Assembly: GCA_963797055.1 (NCBI GenBank)
Contig: CAWCOD010000016.1
Span: 27,736 to 91,735, forward strand
Length of the DNA stretch: 64,000 nucleotides
Source of the DNA: an uncultured Holophagae bacterium
Lineage (GTDB): Bacteria > Acidobacteriota > Thermoanaerobaculia > Thermoanaerobaculales > Sulfomarinibacteraceae
Reading direction: 5' to 3'
The notes under the pieces are model-generated. The model was not told the DNA's origin, did no database searches, and worked only from the letters and a program-made list of their open reading frames with translations. Below are positions 55,605 to 64,000 of the stretch, in pieces; within the stretch, counting starts at the first letter, position 1; the number at the start of each line of letters is the position of its first letter. The translations under genes and the position numbers were made by a program.

Positions 55605-55646
55605 CAGATCGAAGAACGAAGGACGAAGACCCCACCACCCTCCCGG
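55605..55646. repeat. GB-STR module (reverse orientation)
   Basis: cagatcgaagaacgaaggacgaagac followed by C-box CCCACCACCCTCCCGG. Confidence 0.7.
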
Positions 55647-55650
55647 AACG

Positions 55651-55715
55651 TCTTGGTAGCGCAGTCGTCCCGGCTGCGATTCTGGCCCTGATTCAGCGCA
55701 CGAATGCAGGCGAGG
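55651..55715. repeat. TJ element, truncated right arm
   Basis: CTTGGTAGCGCAGTCGTCCCGGCTGCGA, spacer TTCTGGCCCTGATTCAGCGCACGAA, TGCAGGCGAGG. Confidence 0.65.
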
Positions 55716-55837
55716 AAGTCGGTGCCAGGCACCGCCGCAGATGTGTCGACCTCGTACTACGACTCGATTTCGACGGTGCCTGGCACCGGGTGAGCGCGTT
55801 CGCGGCGCGCGTGAGGACGGCACGCCCGCTCACGGCG

Positions 55838-55990
55838 CCCCCCACCCTCCCAATGGGCGGGGGAATCTGCAATCTGCAATTCGCAATTCGCAATGGGTGG
55901 GCGGGCGGTGTTCCTTGCTCCCTGCCTATTGCTCCTGGCTGGGTGGGCGGCACCCACTTCAGAATTGAGAATTCAACACTGAGAATTGAC
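55838..55990. repeat. GB-STR mosaic overlapping the 3' end of the hydrolase gene
   Basis: C-box. GGGCGGGGG followed by aatctgcaatctgcaattcgcaattcgcaat. GGGTGGGCGGGCGG followed by tgttccttgctccctgcctattgctcc. CTGGGTGGGCGG followed by cttcagaattgagaattcaacactgagaattgac. Confidence 0.85.
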
Positions 55991-56776
55991 GCCTGCGAGG
56001 AACTCCCGGCACAACTCGACCAAGCGTTCCGGCTGCTCGTTGACCACCGCGTGACCGGCGCCCTCGATGATCTCGAAGCGCGCTCCGGGAATGGCCTCGG
56101 CCAGAGCCCGCGTGCGTTCCAGCGGGATGAATCCGTCCAGCTCCGACGCGACGATCAGGGCCGGGCAGCTCACGTGGCCCAGTTCGTTGGCGAGAACCAC
56201 GCTCGGTGTGGAGTCCAACAGGCCGATGAGACCGTGAAACCAGCTCTCCGGGAGACCGGCGATCTGACTCCTCCGAAGCGCCCGCTCCTCTGAGTGGGAC
56301 GCGATGTGGGCCGGGGAGTACACCACGGGCTCGAGTACGTCGAAGATGAGTCCACGGTCGCCGCTCGTCAAAGAGTCGACACAACCCTGCCGCCACCGGG
56401 CCACTTCTTTCGCCATGACATCGTCGAAGGCGTCGGCAGACGCGATGGAGATCAGCGACCGCGTGCGATCCGGCCAACCCGCCGCCACCAGTGTCGCCAC
56501 CGCACTTCCAAAGGAGGTGGACACCAGGTGGGCCCGGTCGATTTCCAGATGGTCGAACAGGGCCAACACATCGGCGGCGTGCTCGGCCACATTGGCCGGC
56601 GCCGCCCCACCGGACATGAGCTGGCCCCTGAAGTCGAATCGAATGACCCGGTAGTCGCGCGCCAACGGCACCGCCAACGACTCCCAGCTGGGGGCGCTCA
56701 TGGCGATGCCGTTGAACAGAACCAGCGGCTCGCCCTTGCCGTCCACCTGGAAATAAAGAACTTCCCGATCAGCCAT
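55973..56776 (-). CDS. Alpha/beta-fold hydrolase
   Basis: 267 aa. N-terminal PLVLFNGIAMS, nucleophile elbow VSTSFGS, C-terminal GAGHAV. Last codons GVNSQC* come from the STR array. Confidence 0.7.
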   Translation of the reverse strand: MADREVLYFQVDGKGEPLVLFNGIAMSAPSWESLAVPLARDYRVIRFDFRGQLMSGGAAPANVAEHAADVLALFDHLEIDRAHLVSTSFGSAVATLVAAGWPDRTRSLISIASADAFDDVMAKEVARWRQGCVDSLTSGDRGLIFDVLEPVVYSPAHIASHSEERALRRSQIAGLPESWFHGLIGLLDSTPSVVLANELGHVSCPALIVASELDGFIPLERTRALAEAIPGARFEIIEGAGHAVVNEQPERLVELCREFLAGVNSQC

Positions 56777-56796
56777 TTCCGAGCCCTTTCACCAGC

Positions 56797-56874
56797 CTTT
56801 GTAGCGCAGGCCTCTGGCCTGCATTTGCTCGATCAGTCGAGGCCAGAATTGCAGCCGGGACGGCTGCGCTACAA
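56797..56874. repeat. TJ element (reverse orientation)
   Basis: CTTTGTAGCGCAGGCCTCTGGCCTGCA, spacer, TTGCAGCCGGGACGGCTGCGCTACAA. Confidence 0.85.
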
Positions 56875-56950
56875 CACCAGACCTGGTTTGCGGCCGGGGC
56901 GGCCGCTCCACAATTGTCCTCCGGAGGGGGGCGAGTCTATTCCTCATCGA

Positions 56951-56970
56951 ACAATTCGTAATTCGCAATC
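56951..56970. repeat. Short CGYAATT-type STR abutting a stop codon
   Basis: acaattcgtaattcgcaatc. Its last base is the first base of the TAG (reverse strand) of 56970-57854. Confidence 0.55.
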
Positions 56971-57854
56971 TACTCCGCAGGCTCGTCCACATCGAAATCA
57001 AGTGACTTCGCCGCCATGAAGTCCCGAATCATCCCGAAGAACTCCTTCGGTTTTTCGAGATATACCACGTGACCGCAGCCCGGTACCTCCTCCCATCGGG
57101 TGTTGGGCAAAAGCTCGTAGATCTTGCGCTGCTGCCACAGCGGGATCGCACGGTCCTGCTCGCCGACGATCATCAACGTGGGTGTCTCGATCGCACGGTA
57201 CTGGGGCAGGTTGTCGTCGAGCTCTCCAAAGAAGGGATTCTGGGCCTCGGTCAACCGGATCAGACAGTGCCGGTTGTCGATGTAGCGATCGTAGAAACGC
57301 TGCCGCATGGCAGCCAGGTTTTCCGGCGGTATGGTCGCCGCGAAGTCCTCACCGAAGATCTTCTCGTACATGTAGTGGGTGTAGAGCTCGAAGGCCTCCT
57401 CGGACCCGGTGTAGAAGCGGAGCGAGATGTCCTGGTACATCTGGAAGAGGGTCTCGTGGCTCAGCAGGATGCCCGACAGGGTCATGGTGTAGAGCCGCTC
57501 CTGGTACATCCTGGCGAAATCGAGGGCGATGAACCCACCGTAGGAGATGCCCATCAGGTGGACCTTCTCCACCCCCACCTCGTCCATGATCAGCGTCAAG
57601 TAGCGAGCGAACTCCGGGATGAAGTAGGGCACGTCCTCCTGCGACGACTGGCCCTGACCCAGAAAGTCGAACAGAATCACGTCATAGCTGTCGGTGAGCA
57701 TGGGCAGGAAGCCGTACCAGGCCTTGGTGTGCATGGCCAGGCCGTTGAGCAGACAGACCGCCTCCCGGCTTCCGTCGCCGTGGTACTCCCACCACACCTT
57801 CTGGCCGTCCACGTCCAGATGACCACTACGATCCGGAACGATGTCACTCATCAC
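56970..57854 (-). CDS. Alpha/beta-fold hydrolase
   Basis: 294 aa. CLLNGLAMHT, nucleophile elbow MGISYGG, C-terminal GCGHVV. Confidence 0.7.
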   Translation of the reverse strand: MMSDIVPDRSGHLDVDGQKVWWEYHGDGSREAVCLLNGLAMHTKAWYGFLPMLTDSYDVILFDFLGQGQSSQEDVPYFIPEFARYLTLIMDEVGVEKVHLMGISYGGFIALDFARMYQERLYTMTLSGILLSHETLFQMYQDISLRFYTGSEEAFELYTHYMYEKIFGEDFAATIPPENLAAMRQRFYDRYIDNRHCLIRLTEAQNPFFGELDDNLPQYRAIETPTLMIVGEQDRAIPLWQQRKIYELLPNTRWEEVPGCGHVVYLEKPKEFFGMIRDFMAAKSLDFDVDEPAE

Positions 57855-57855
57855 G

Positions 57856-58075
57856 ACCCTCCCTCCCCAGGAATTCTAAATTCTCAATTTTTAGTTTTGA
57901 ATTGGCCCCCGCCCACCCCCAGCCAATCCGGGGGGTTGGGGCGATTCAGATTTCAAGATTCTCAGGTCTCAGTTTTTAATTCTCAGTTCTTAGTTTTGAG
58001 TTCCCCCCACCCGACCCGGACCGACCCGGGCGGGCGGGGGCAATTCAAAATTGAGAATTCAAAACCCAAAATTCG
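57856..58075. repeat. GB-STR mosaic filling the whole hydrolase-thiolase gap
   Basis: C-boxes at 57856-57868, 57904-57920 and 58003-58020. G-boxes at 57930-57941 and 58028-58040. Three AT-rich GAATTC/TCTCAG-type arrays. C-box/G-box pairs can fold as GC hairpins. Confidence 0.85.
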
Positions 58076-58085
58076 CCGTCCGATG

Positions 58086-59294
58086 TCAGTCGGCGCGGCG
58101 AAGGACCGTACAGACCGATGCGCAGATCGGTCCGCCGATGTTGAAGGTCGCAGCCATCCTGGGGTTGGCCACCTGGAGCTCCGTGGGCACCTTGCCGAGC
58201 AGCTGCCAGGCCGACCAGCCGATCATGGCGATTCCGGTGGCTCCCACCGGGTGCCCCTTGGCGATCAGGCCGCCAGACGTGTTGATGCCGCACTCGCCAT
58301 CCGGTGCGGCCTTGCCCTCGACCCAGTAGCGTGCGCCCTCTCCGTATCCGGCTTTTCCGATGACCTCGGTGCCGATGGCGCCCATCACCGTGAAGCAGTC
58401 GTGGATCTCCGCCACGTTGACGTCATCCGGACCGGCGCCGGCCATCTCGTAGGCGGTGTTCATGGCCCTGAAAGCACCCTCAGGTTTGAGAACGTCGCGA
58501 TCTGCCTTCATGAGTGGATCGGTCGCCTGGCCGAAGCCAGCAAGCTCGACGCAATCGGCCTTTGACACGCCGAGCCGCGCCAGGCCCTCTTCGGTTGCCA
58601 AAATCAGGGCCCCGTAGCCGTCGGTGATCTGGGAGCAGTCATAGGTCTTGAGCGGGAGGCCCTCGACGATATAACGGTTACGTCCCTCGGGTGTCGCCGC
58701 TTCGTCGAGCGTGACCTGGATCTTGCGCATCTGGGCGTAGGGGTTGTGGTTGCCGTTGGCGTACTCCTGGGTCGAAATGACCGCCAGATCACGCTCGCTC
58801 ACGCCGTGGGCATCCATGTAGTCGCGCATCACTTCGGCGAAGAGATGGGGGAAGACATAGACCTTGCCCTCACGCTCCTTCGGATGCGAGAAGTAGCCCA
58901 ACACTTTGCCGATCAGCGCGCCGTCCATCTTGCCCTCGTCGTTGCGCATCTTCTCGAAGCCCACCGCGAGACCAACCTCACCCATCCCGAGGAGGAGCTT
59001 CTGGGCCACCGAAACGATCGCCTGGCCGCCCGACGCGCACGCGTTCTCCACCGCTTCGATGGGTTTGGCGCCGAGGCCCGGGGTCATGGCAACCAGGCCT
59101 GCGAGCAGCCCTTGCTCGTTGAGCGAGAAGTTGCAGGTGGCTCCAATCGAGGCAACGTCGATGGCTGCGGGATCGGCGTCGATCTCGGCGCAGACCTCGC
59201 TGATCGAATTGTCCACGATCTGCGGCACGGTCATATCGAAGAGCTTGCCGAAGACGGATTGGTGGTACGCAGCAATGTACAGTTTCTTGTTCAC
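58086..59294 (-). CDS. Thiolase-fold protein (SCP-x / thiolase-domain type)
   Basis: 402 aa. Active-site region VENACASGGQAI. C-terminal GGLIAKGHPVGATG and NIGGPICASVCTVL. Confidence 0.7.
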   Translation of the reverse strand: MNKKLYIAAYHQSVFGKLFDMTVPQIVDNSISEVCAEIDADPAAIDVASIGATCNFSLNEQGLLAGLVAMTPGLGAKPIEAVENACASGGQAIVSVAQKLLLGMGEVGLAVGFEKMRNDEGKMDGALIGKVLGYFSHPKEREGKVYVFPHLFAEVMRDYMDAHGVSERDLAVISTQEYANGNHNPYAQMRKIQVTLDEAATPEGRNRYIVEGLPLKTYDCSQITDGYGALILATEEGLARLGVSKADCVELAGFGQATDPLMKADRDVLKPEGAFRAMNTAYEMAGAGPDDVNVAEIHDCFTVMGAIGTEVIGKAGYGEGARYWVEGKAAPDGECGINTSGGLIAKGHPVGATGIAMIGWSAWQLLGKVPTELQVANPRMAATFNIGGPICASVCTVLRRAD

Positions 59295-59370
59295 TCGAGA
59301 CCCTCCATTACGGTTAAATGATGATTGTTAAATAAATTGGTGATCAATTCTCTCCCCTCAGCCCGTACCG

Positions 59371-59455
59371 GTCGGGCGGGGGAATATGCAATCTGCAATC
59401 TGCAATCTGCAATCTGTAATCTGTAATCTGTAATTCGTAATTCAATCGCAATTCG
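59371..59455. repeat. GB-STR module: G-box + (TGCAATC/TGTAATC) heptamer array
   Basis: GTCGGGCGGGGG followed by aatatgcaatctgcaatctgcaatctgcaatctgtaatctgtaatctgtaattcgtaattcaatcgcaattcg. Same unit as 2438-2500. Confidence 0.9.
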
Positions 59456-59467
59456 AGGTCCTCACAG

Positions 59468-61009
59468 TCATTCGTCACGTTTCCCAACCCTCAGCGACTC
59501 CACCAGGTCCGCTTTAACGACCTTGCCGTAGGCGGTCCGCGGCAGCTCGTCGAGCTCGACAAACCTCTTGGGAATCTTGTACCGCGCCAGCCGGCTTCCC
59601 AAAAAGGTGGTCAGGGCATCAGGGTCGAACGCAGCGCCAGCACCCATCACGACGAAGGCGACGCCCATCTCGCCCCAGGTCTCGTCCGGCGCGCCCACCA
59701 CCGCGGCGTCCTGGAGATCCGGATGCTGCAGCAACTGGTTTTCGATCTCCGCCGGATAGACGTTGACGCCGCCGGAGATGAACATGTCCTTGGACCGGCC
59801 CGCGATATAGAAAAATCCGTCCTCATCCTGCTTCGCCATGTCGCCGGTGTGGAACCACCCCTTGCGATCGAGGGCCTCCGCCGTGGCCTGGGGATTGTTC
59901 CAGTACCCCGCGCTGACGTGGGGACCACGGAACCAGAGTTCGCCCACATCTCCGGCAGGGGCCTCCTGCCCTGCCTCGTCGGAGATCCGCGCCTCGGTGA
60001 ACATGAGCGGCCGACCGATGGATCCGGCCTTCGCGTACGCCTCTTCATCGGTCATGGTGAAGCAGTTGACCCCGACCTCGGTCAGACCGTAGCCCTGCCG
60101 GAGCACCACCCCGCGCTCCCGGTAGACCTCGATCAGGTGTTTTGGCAGCGGCGCTCCGCCGGAAATAAACCAGCGCACGTGGTCGAGCGAGGCCGTTTCG
60201 AACTCGGGCGCCTCGGCAAGCATCTTCCAGATCGTCGGCACCCCGAGCACCACCGTGCACTTCTCCTCAGCGATGGTCCGCCACACCTCGGCCGCGTCGA
60301 AGGCCGCGTGGATCACCACGGTTCCGCCCACCAGCATGATGGGGGTCAGGAAGGCCCCGAGCCCCCCGGCGTGGTAGAGCGGGGTGAAGATCGGGCTGCA
60401 GTCGGAATCGGTCAACTGCCAACAGACCGCGGTGTTGTAGGCGTTCCACGCCACCTGTCGGTGCGGTGTCACCACCCCCTTGGGACGACCGGTTGTACCG
60501 GAGGTGTAGAGCAGGCAGAAGGGGTCCTCCGGCCGGCACTTCCGGCGCACCGAACTGCCGGCGCCGCGGGTCATCACCAGGTCGGAATAGTCCTGATCTC
60601 CGGGCTCGGCGGGTTCGTCGAGCGCAATCCAGTGGGCCACGTCCACCCGGCTTCGCAGACGGCGGACGCTTTCCCGGTGTTCCTCGGCATAAAGCACAGC
60701 CCGCAGCGAGCAGTCGCGGATGATGAACTCCAATTCGGGGACGGTCAGGCGGGTGTTGAGCGGTACCAGCACCACCCCACTCTTGCCGGCGGCGAAGAAG
60801 GCGTCGAGAAACTCGAGCCGGTTGCCCGCCAGGATTCCCACCCGTTCACCGGGCCGCAGCCCGAGCCCGTAGAGCCACATTCGCGCGCAGCCGATGGCGC
60901 GTGTGTCGAGCTCGGCATAGCTGTAGCGGCTGCCGTCGGACGCCATCACGACCGCGGTCCTCTCCGGCGACAGCCCGGCGCGTTCGCCGAGGATGTCCGC
61001 GTGGATCAC
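59468..61009 (-). CDS. Acyl-CoA synthetase / AMP-dependent ligase (ANL superfamily)
   Basis: GTG at 61009 overlaps the upstream TGA (GTGA). Motifs LLYTSGTTGRPKGV, GYGLTE, FHTGDMA and GRSKDMFISGGVNVYPAEIE. Confidence 0.8.
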   Translation of the reverse strand: MIHADILGERAGLSPERTAVVMASDGSRYSYAELDTRAIGCARMWLYGLGLRPGERVGILAGNRLEFLDAFFAAGKSGVVLVPLNTRLTVPELEFIIRDCSLRAVLYAEEHRESVRRLRSRVDVAHWIALDEPAEPGDQDYSDLVMTRGAGSSVRRKCRPEDPFCLLYTSGTTGRPKGVVTPHRQVAWNAYNTAVCWQLTDSDCSPIFTPLYHAGGLGAFLTPIMLVGGTVVIHAAFDAAEVWRTIAEEKCTVVLGVPTIWKMLAEAPEFETASLDHVRWFISGGAPLPKHLIEVYRERGVVLRQGYGLTEVGVNCFTMTDEEAYAKAGSIGRPLMFTEARISDEAGQEAPAGDVGELWFRGPHVSAGYWNNPQATAEALDRKGWFHTGDMAKQDEDGFFYIAGRSKDMFISGGVNVYPAEIENQLLQHPDLQDAAVVGAPDETWGEMGVAFVVMGAGAAFDPDALTTFLGSRLARYKIPKRFVELDELPRTAYGKVVKADLVESLRVGKRDE

Positions 61010-62004
61010 GTCTCCCCTCCTGTATCCTCGGCCGGCTCGGAGACTTCGGCCGGCGCCTTCGGTTCCGGCGGCGGCTGAGCGAGAGCCGCCGTGAGCGCCT
61101 TCAGGAACCGATCCGGACACTCCCGGTGGGGCACGTGGCCGCAGTCCTTGATCGGGGTCATGCGCACCGCCGGCACCCCTTCCAGCAGCCGCTGCGCATA
61201 GTCCAGATCAAACAACTCGTCGGCATCGCCCCACACCAGATCCACCGGCACCGCGACCTCGTCAAGCCGGCCATCGAGGACAAAAGCCTCAGCCGCCGGC
61301 CCCACCTCGGCAAACCACTCGGCCAGCCGAGCCGCCGGTCCGCGCGCGGCGTGACGAACCACATCATCGAGCACGAAGTTGGGCGGCAACAGGGTGTTCG
61401 GGCCCATGAGGCCCTTCATGGTCTCGCGGGCCTCGTCGCGGTTCTTTGGGAACAGATTGACCCTGGGATCATCCTCGCGCACCGGGCCGCCGTTGACCGC
61501 CACCAGGCGCTCGATTTGTTCGGGGTGCTCCACCGCGTAAAGAAAAGCGACCCACGCCCCCATGGAGTTGCCCACCACGATGGCCGGCTCCGAGGAACAA
61601 CACTCGTCCATCACCGCCGCCACACCGTCCAGCACCTGGTCGATCCCCAGCGGACCCTGGTCGGGATCTGAATTCCAGTGGCCCGGCAGATCGGGAATGA
61701 TGACCCGATAGGACGCCACCAGCGGCGCGACGGCCCGGGCCCAGGCCCCGGCCTGGTCGCCAGCCCCGTGGAGCAGCACCATGGGCTGCCCGCTGCCGCC
61801 CTGCCACACCGTCATCTCGCCGGCGGTGGTTTCAATCGAGATGGTCTCGAATCCGTTGCGGCCGAGGGCCAGCCGACTCATCCAGGCGTCCACCTTCAGC
61901 GGCTTTTTCAGCATCAGCCACGCGCCCACGACGATGGGCACAACGATGACCAGGATGCCGAAGATCACGGCCAGTTTCAGCATTGTCTTGGTGCGCGTGT
62001 CCAT
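61006..62004 (-). CDS. Alpha/beta-fold hydrolase with an N-terminal membrane anchor
   Basis: 332 aa. TM LKLAVIFGILVIVVPIVVGAWL. MVLLHGAGD, nucleophile elbow VGNSMGA, C-terminal DCGHVPH. Confidence 0.7.
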   Translation of the reverse strand: MDTRTKTMLKLAVIFGILVIVVPIVVGAWLMLKKPLKVDAWMSRLALGRNGFETISIETTAGEMTVWQGGSGQPMVLLHGAGDQAGAWARAVAPLVASYRVIIPDLPGHWNSDPDQGPLGIDQVLDGVAAVMDECCSSEPAIVVGNSMGAWVAFLYAVEHPEQIERLVAVNGGPVREDDPRVNLFPKNRDEARETMKGLMGPNTLLPPNFVLDDVVRHAARGPAARLAEWFAEVGPAAEAFVLDGRLDEVAVPVDLVWGDADELFDLDYAQRLLEGVPAVRMTPIKDCGHVPHRECPDRFLKALTAALAQPPPEPKAPAEVSEPAEDTGGET

Positions 62005-62142
62005 GCTTCAGCTCCGTATCGTTGGTGAATTAGGTCGGGTCGATGGCGAGCACGGCTCCACGACCCGACGATCGTAGGCCGTCACCCTCCTCCCCGCAAC
62101 CTGCGTGTCGTTCGCCATCTCCGTGACCTGTCCCCAAAATAG

Positions 62143-62173
62143 CTCAAATTCTGAATTCTCAATTCTGCAATCC
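62143..62173. repeat. AT-rich GAATTC-type STR array
   Basis: ctcaaattctgaattctcaattctgcaatcc. Confidence 0.7.
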
Positions 62174-62203
62174 TCCCCGGTCCCTTGCACAATCGATCGT
62201 CGC

Positions 62204-62281
62204 CTTTGTGGTGCGGCCGTCTCGGCTGCACTTTTAGGCTTCGTTCAACGCAAGAATGCAGGCCGGAGGCCTGCGCTCCAA
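62204..62281. repeat. TJ element
   Basis: CTTTGTGGTGCGGCCGTCTCGGCTGCA, spacer CTTTTAGGCTTCGTTCAACGCAAGAA, TGCAGGCCGGAGGCCTGCGCTCCAA. Confidence 0.85.
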
Positions 62282-62290
62282 CGATGCTCC

Positions 62291-62434
62291 GGGCGGGCGG
62301 CGGGCAATTCAAAATTGAGAATTCAAAACTCAAAATTCACGACCTTGCTCCTTGCTCCCTGTTCCTTCCCTCCGTCCGGCGGGTCGGGCATCTTGCATCT
62401 TGCATCTTGCATCTCGCATCTGGCCGGGCGGCGG
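62291..62434. repeat. GB-STR mosaic abutting the KASIII-like stop codon
   Basis: GGGCGGGCGGCGGG followed by caattcaaaattgagaattcaaaactcaaaattcac. ccttgctccttgctccctgttccttccctcc. GGCGGGTCGGG followed by catcttgcatcttgcatcttgcatctcgcatctgg, then CCGGGCGGCGG. Confidence 0.85.
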
Positions 62435-62435
62435 C

Positions 62436-63428
62436 TCACGGCATCCTGAACGCCGCGCCCGCCTGGTTGTAACCCACCCCGGATCCCACGAAGGCCACCA
62501 GATCGCCCGATGAGATCTTGCCCAACTCCAGGGCGTCATCCAGTGCGATGGGCACACAGGCCGATCCTGTGTAGCCCCATTTCTCCATCACCGTGTGGGT
62601 CCGGCTCATGGGTAGGCCGAGGTCGGCCATCACCAGCTCGATGGACGGCTTGCGCACCTGGGTGAAGATGGTGAAGTCGATCTCCTCCACCCGGAAGCCG
62701 CCGTTTTTGGCCAGCTCGCGCACCACCTTGGGCCAGCCCTCGTGGTTGACCTCGGGGGGATAGCGTTCGATCATCCGGACCGTGGTCCGCCCATCGGTCA
62801 CCGACTCAACGGTGGCCGGCTCGAAGGTGGCCCCCGAATAGATGCCCCAGTGCCCCTGGTAAGCGCCATCCGCCCGGTAGGCCGACGACACGAAGCCCGG
62901 GCTGTCGGCCGGCTCGAGCACCGCCGCCCCGGCGCCATCGCCGTAGAAGAAGATCATCGGGTCGTCCGGCGCCGCCAGCTTGTGCATCAGATACACGCCC
63001 ACCACCAGCACGGTCTTCAGATTCGGGTTGGTCGCGATCAACCCGGACCCGATGGCCAATCCGGTGGGAAACGAGGCGCAGGCGCAGCCCACGTCGAAGG
63101 TGCCCGCGTTGACCGCGCCGAGCTTGTGTTGCAGCACCACCGAGGTGGCCGGCGTGATGTAGTCGGGCGAGTCCGTGCCGACGATGACGAGGTCCACGTC
63201 CTCTGGTCTGCGGCCGGCTTTCTCCAGCGCTTTTTGCGCCGCCGGCAGCGCCACATCCGATGTCGCCCAATCGTCCGGCGCCCACCAACGGGTCAGGATC
63301 GAGGACGACTCCTCCATCTTGTCCACAAAGTCCGGGATGTGAGCGAACCGCTCGCGCAGCACGTCGTTATGGACCTCGATCTCGGGGATGTACCGCCCCG
63401 TCGAAACAATCGTTGCGTATCGGTTCAT
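62436..63428 (-). CDS. KASIII (FabH)-like protein retaining the active-site Cys but lacking the canonical His/Asn
   Basis: 330 aa. FDVGCACASF aligns with FabH FDVAAACAGF (Cys117). The positions aligned to FabH PHQAN and GNTSAAS read FTQVR and GYTGSAC. Confidence 0.7.
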   Translation of the reverse strand: MNRYATIVSTGRYIPEIEVHNDVLRERFAHIPDFVDKMEESSSILTRWWAPDDWATSDVALPAAQKALEKAGRRPEDVDLVIVGTDSPDYITPATSVVLQHKLGAVNAGTFDVGCACASFPTGLAIGSGLIATNPNLKTVLVVGVYLMHKLAAPDDPMIFFYGDGAGAAVLEPADSPGFVSSAYRADGAYQGHWGIYSGATFEPATVESVTDGRTTVRMIERYPPEVNHEGWPKVVRELAKNGGFRVEEIDFTIFTQVRKPSIELVMADLGLPMSRTHTVMEKWGYTGSACVPIALDDALELGKISSGDLVAFVGSGVGYNQAGAAFRMP

Positions 63429-63450
63429 ACCGCCTCCCGCGCCGGCGTCA

Positions 63451-63559
63451 GAAGGTGAGGGTCGGTGAGAAGTGTGAGAAGTTCCTCAGCCCAATCGAGT
63501 CTTCGAGTCGGTCGGGTGAATAATCCAGACTTCCTCCTTCTCTCCTTCTCACATTCTCC
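63451..63559. repeat. Inverted STR pair (GGTGAGAAG-type) between the KASIII-like and SDR genes
   Basis: gaaggtgagggtcggtgagaagtgtgagaag faces cttcctccttctctccttctcacattctcc across a ~48-nt spacer. Same unit family as 49441-49557. Confidence 0.7.
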
Positions 63560-63566
63560 GCCATGC

Positions 63567-64000
63567 CTACGTCCCGACCACCAATCCACCATCGACCCGC
63601 AAGGTCTGGCCGGTGATCCAATTCGCCCCGTCCGATGCCAGCCAGACGTAGGCGTTGGCGATGTCCCGCGGCTCGCCCATCCGACCAAGGGGGGTCCGGG
63701 CCTTCATGGCATCGAGGATCTTGTCCGGCATGGACTGCAGGATCTCGGTGGCGACAAATCCGGGGGCCACCGCGTTGGCGCGGATGTTGAACTTGGCCAG
63801 CTCCCGCGACCAGGTCTTGGTCATCCCGATGACGCCCGCCTTGGTGGCCACATAGTTTGTCTGTCCGAAATTGCCGTCAAGCCCCACCACCGAACTGGTG
63901 CTGAGGATCGATCCACCGCCACCAGCGATCAGGTGGGGCACCACCGCCCGTGTGCAGTTGAAGACGCCGCGCAGGTTGACCCCGATGACGGCATCCCACT
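63567..64000 (-). CDS. SDR-family oxidoreductase (FabG-like 3-oxoacyl reductase), 5'-truncated by the window edge
   Basis: The frame stays open to the window end (...NLRGVFNCTRAVVPHL). SSVVG...YVATKAGVIGMTK (Y-x-x-x-K). NAVAPGF. C-terminal ITGQTLRVDGGLVVGT*. Confidence 0.8.
   Translation of the reverse strand, partial: WDAVIGVNLRGVFNCTRAVVPHLIAGGGGSILSTSSVVGLDGNFGQTNYVATKAGVIGMTKTWSRELAKFNIRANAVAPGFVATEILQSMPDKILDAMKARTPLGRMGEPRDIANAYVWLASDGANWITGQTLRVDGGLVVGT

Overview
High-GC (roughly two-thirds G+C by eye) bacterial chromosomal segment, probably Acidobacteriota. That guess rests on a TIGR03436-type VWA protein, three DUF4136-like lipoproteins and an envelope-heavy gene content. I support about 52 protein-coding genes. 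They include a PPIase / HupE-like membrane protein / ABC transporter operon, an ADP-heptose pathway (hldE-gmhA-gmhB-hldD) next to a GT9 heptosyltransferase, and a sigma-54 activator followed by a compact DUF2092-to-arylsulfatase-to-Omp85-like operon. There is also a low-GC higBA toxin-antitoxin islet, a DegT aminotransferase with two GT39 (ArnT-like) transferases, and gabD. A secreted aromatic-rich giant protein sits in an operon with an FHA protein. A Ser/Thr kinase has a polytopic C-terminus. The right end holds a lipid-type cluster (SDR, KASIII-like, acyl-CoA ligase, thiolase-like, three alpha/beta hydrolases). I saw no rRNA, tRNA, CRISPR array, transposase or integrase. The most unusual content is non-coding: almost every intergenic gap is built from four dispersed repeat families. 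These are G-box + microsatellite modules (GB-STR), about 78-nt double-hairpin TJ elements, GTGCCAGGGCCGACACT palindromic PH elements (two ~240-bp inverted copies bracket 8.3 kb), and GTCATCCTGAGCGAGCG elements. Six apparent single-base insertions disrupt five genes, all between 4.4 and 15.5 kb. All calls are by eye, with no searches run. Repeat coordinates are accurate to about +/-3 nt.
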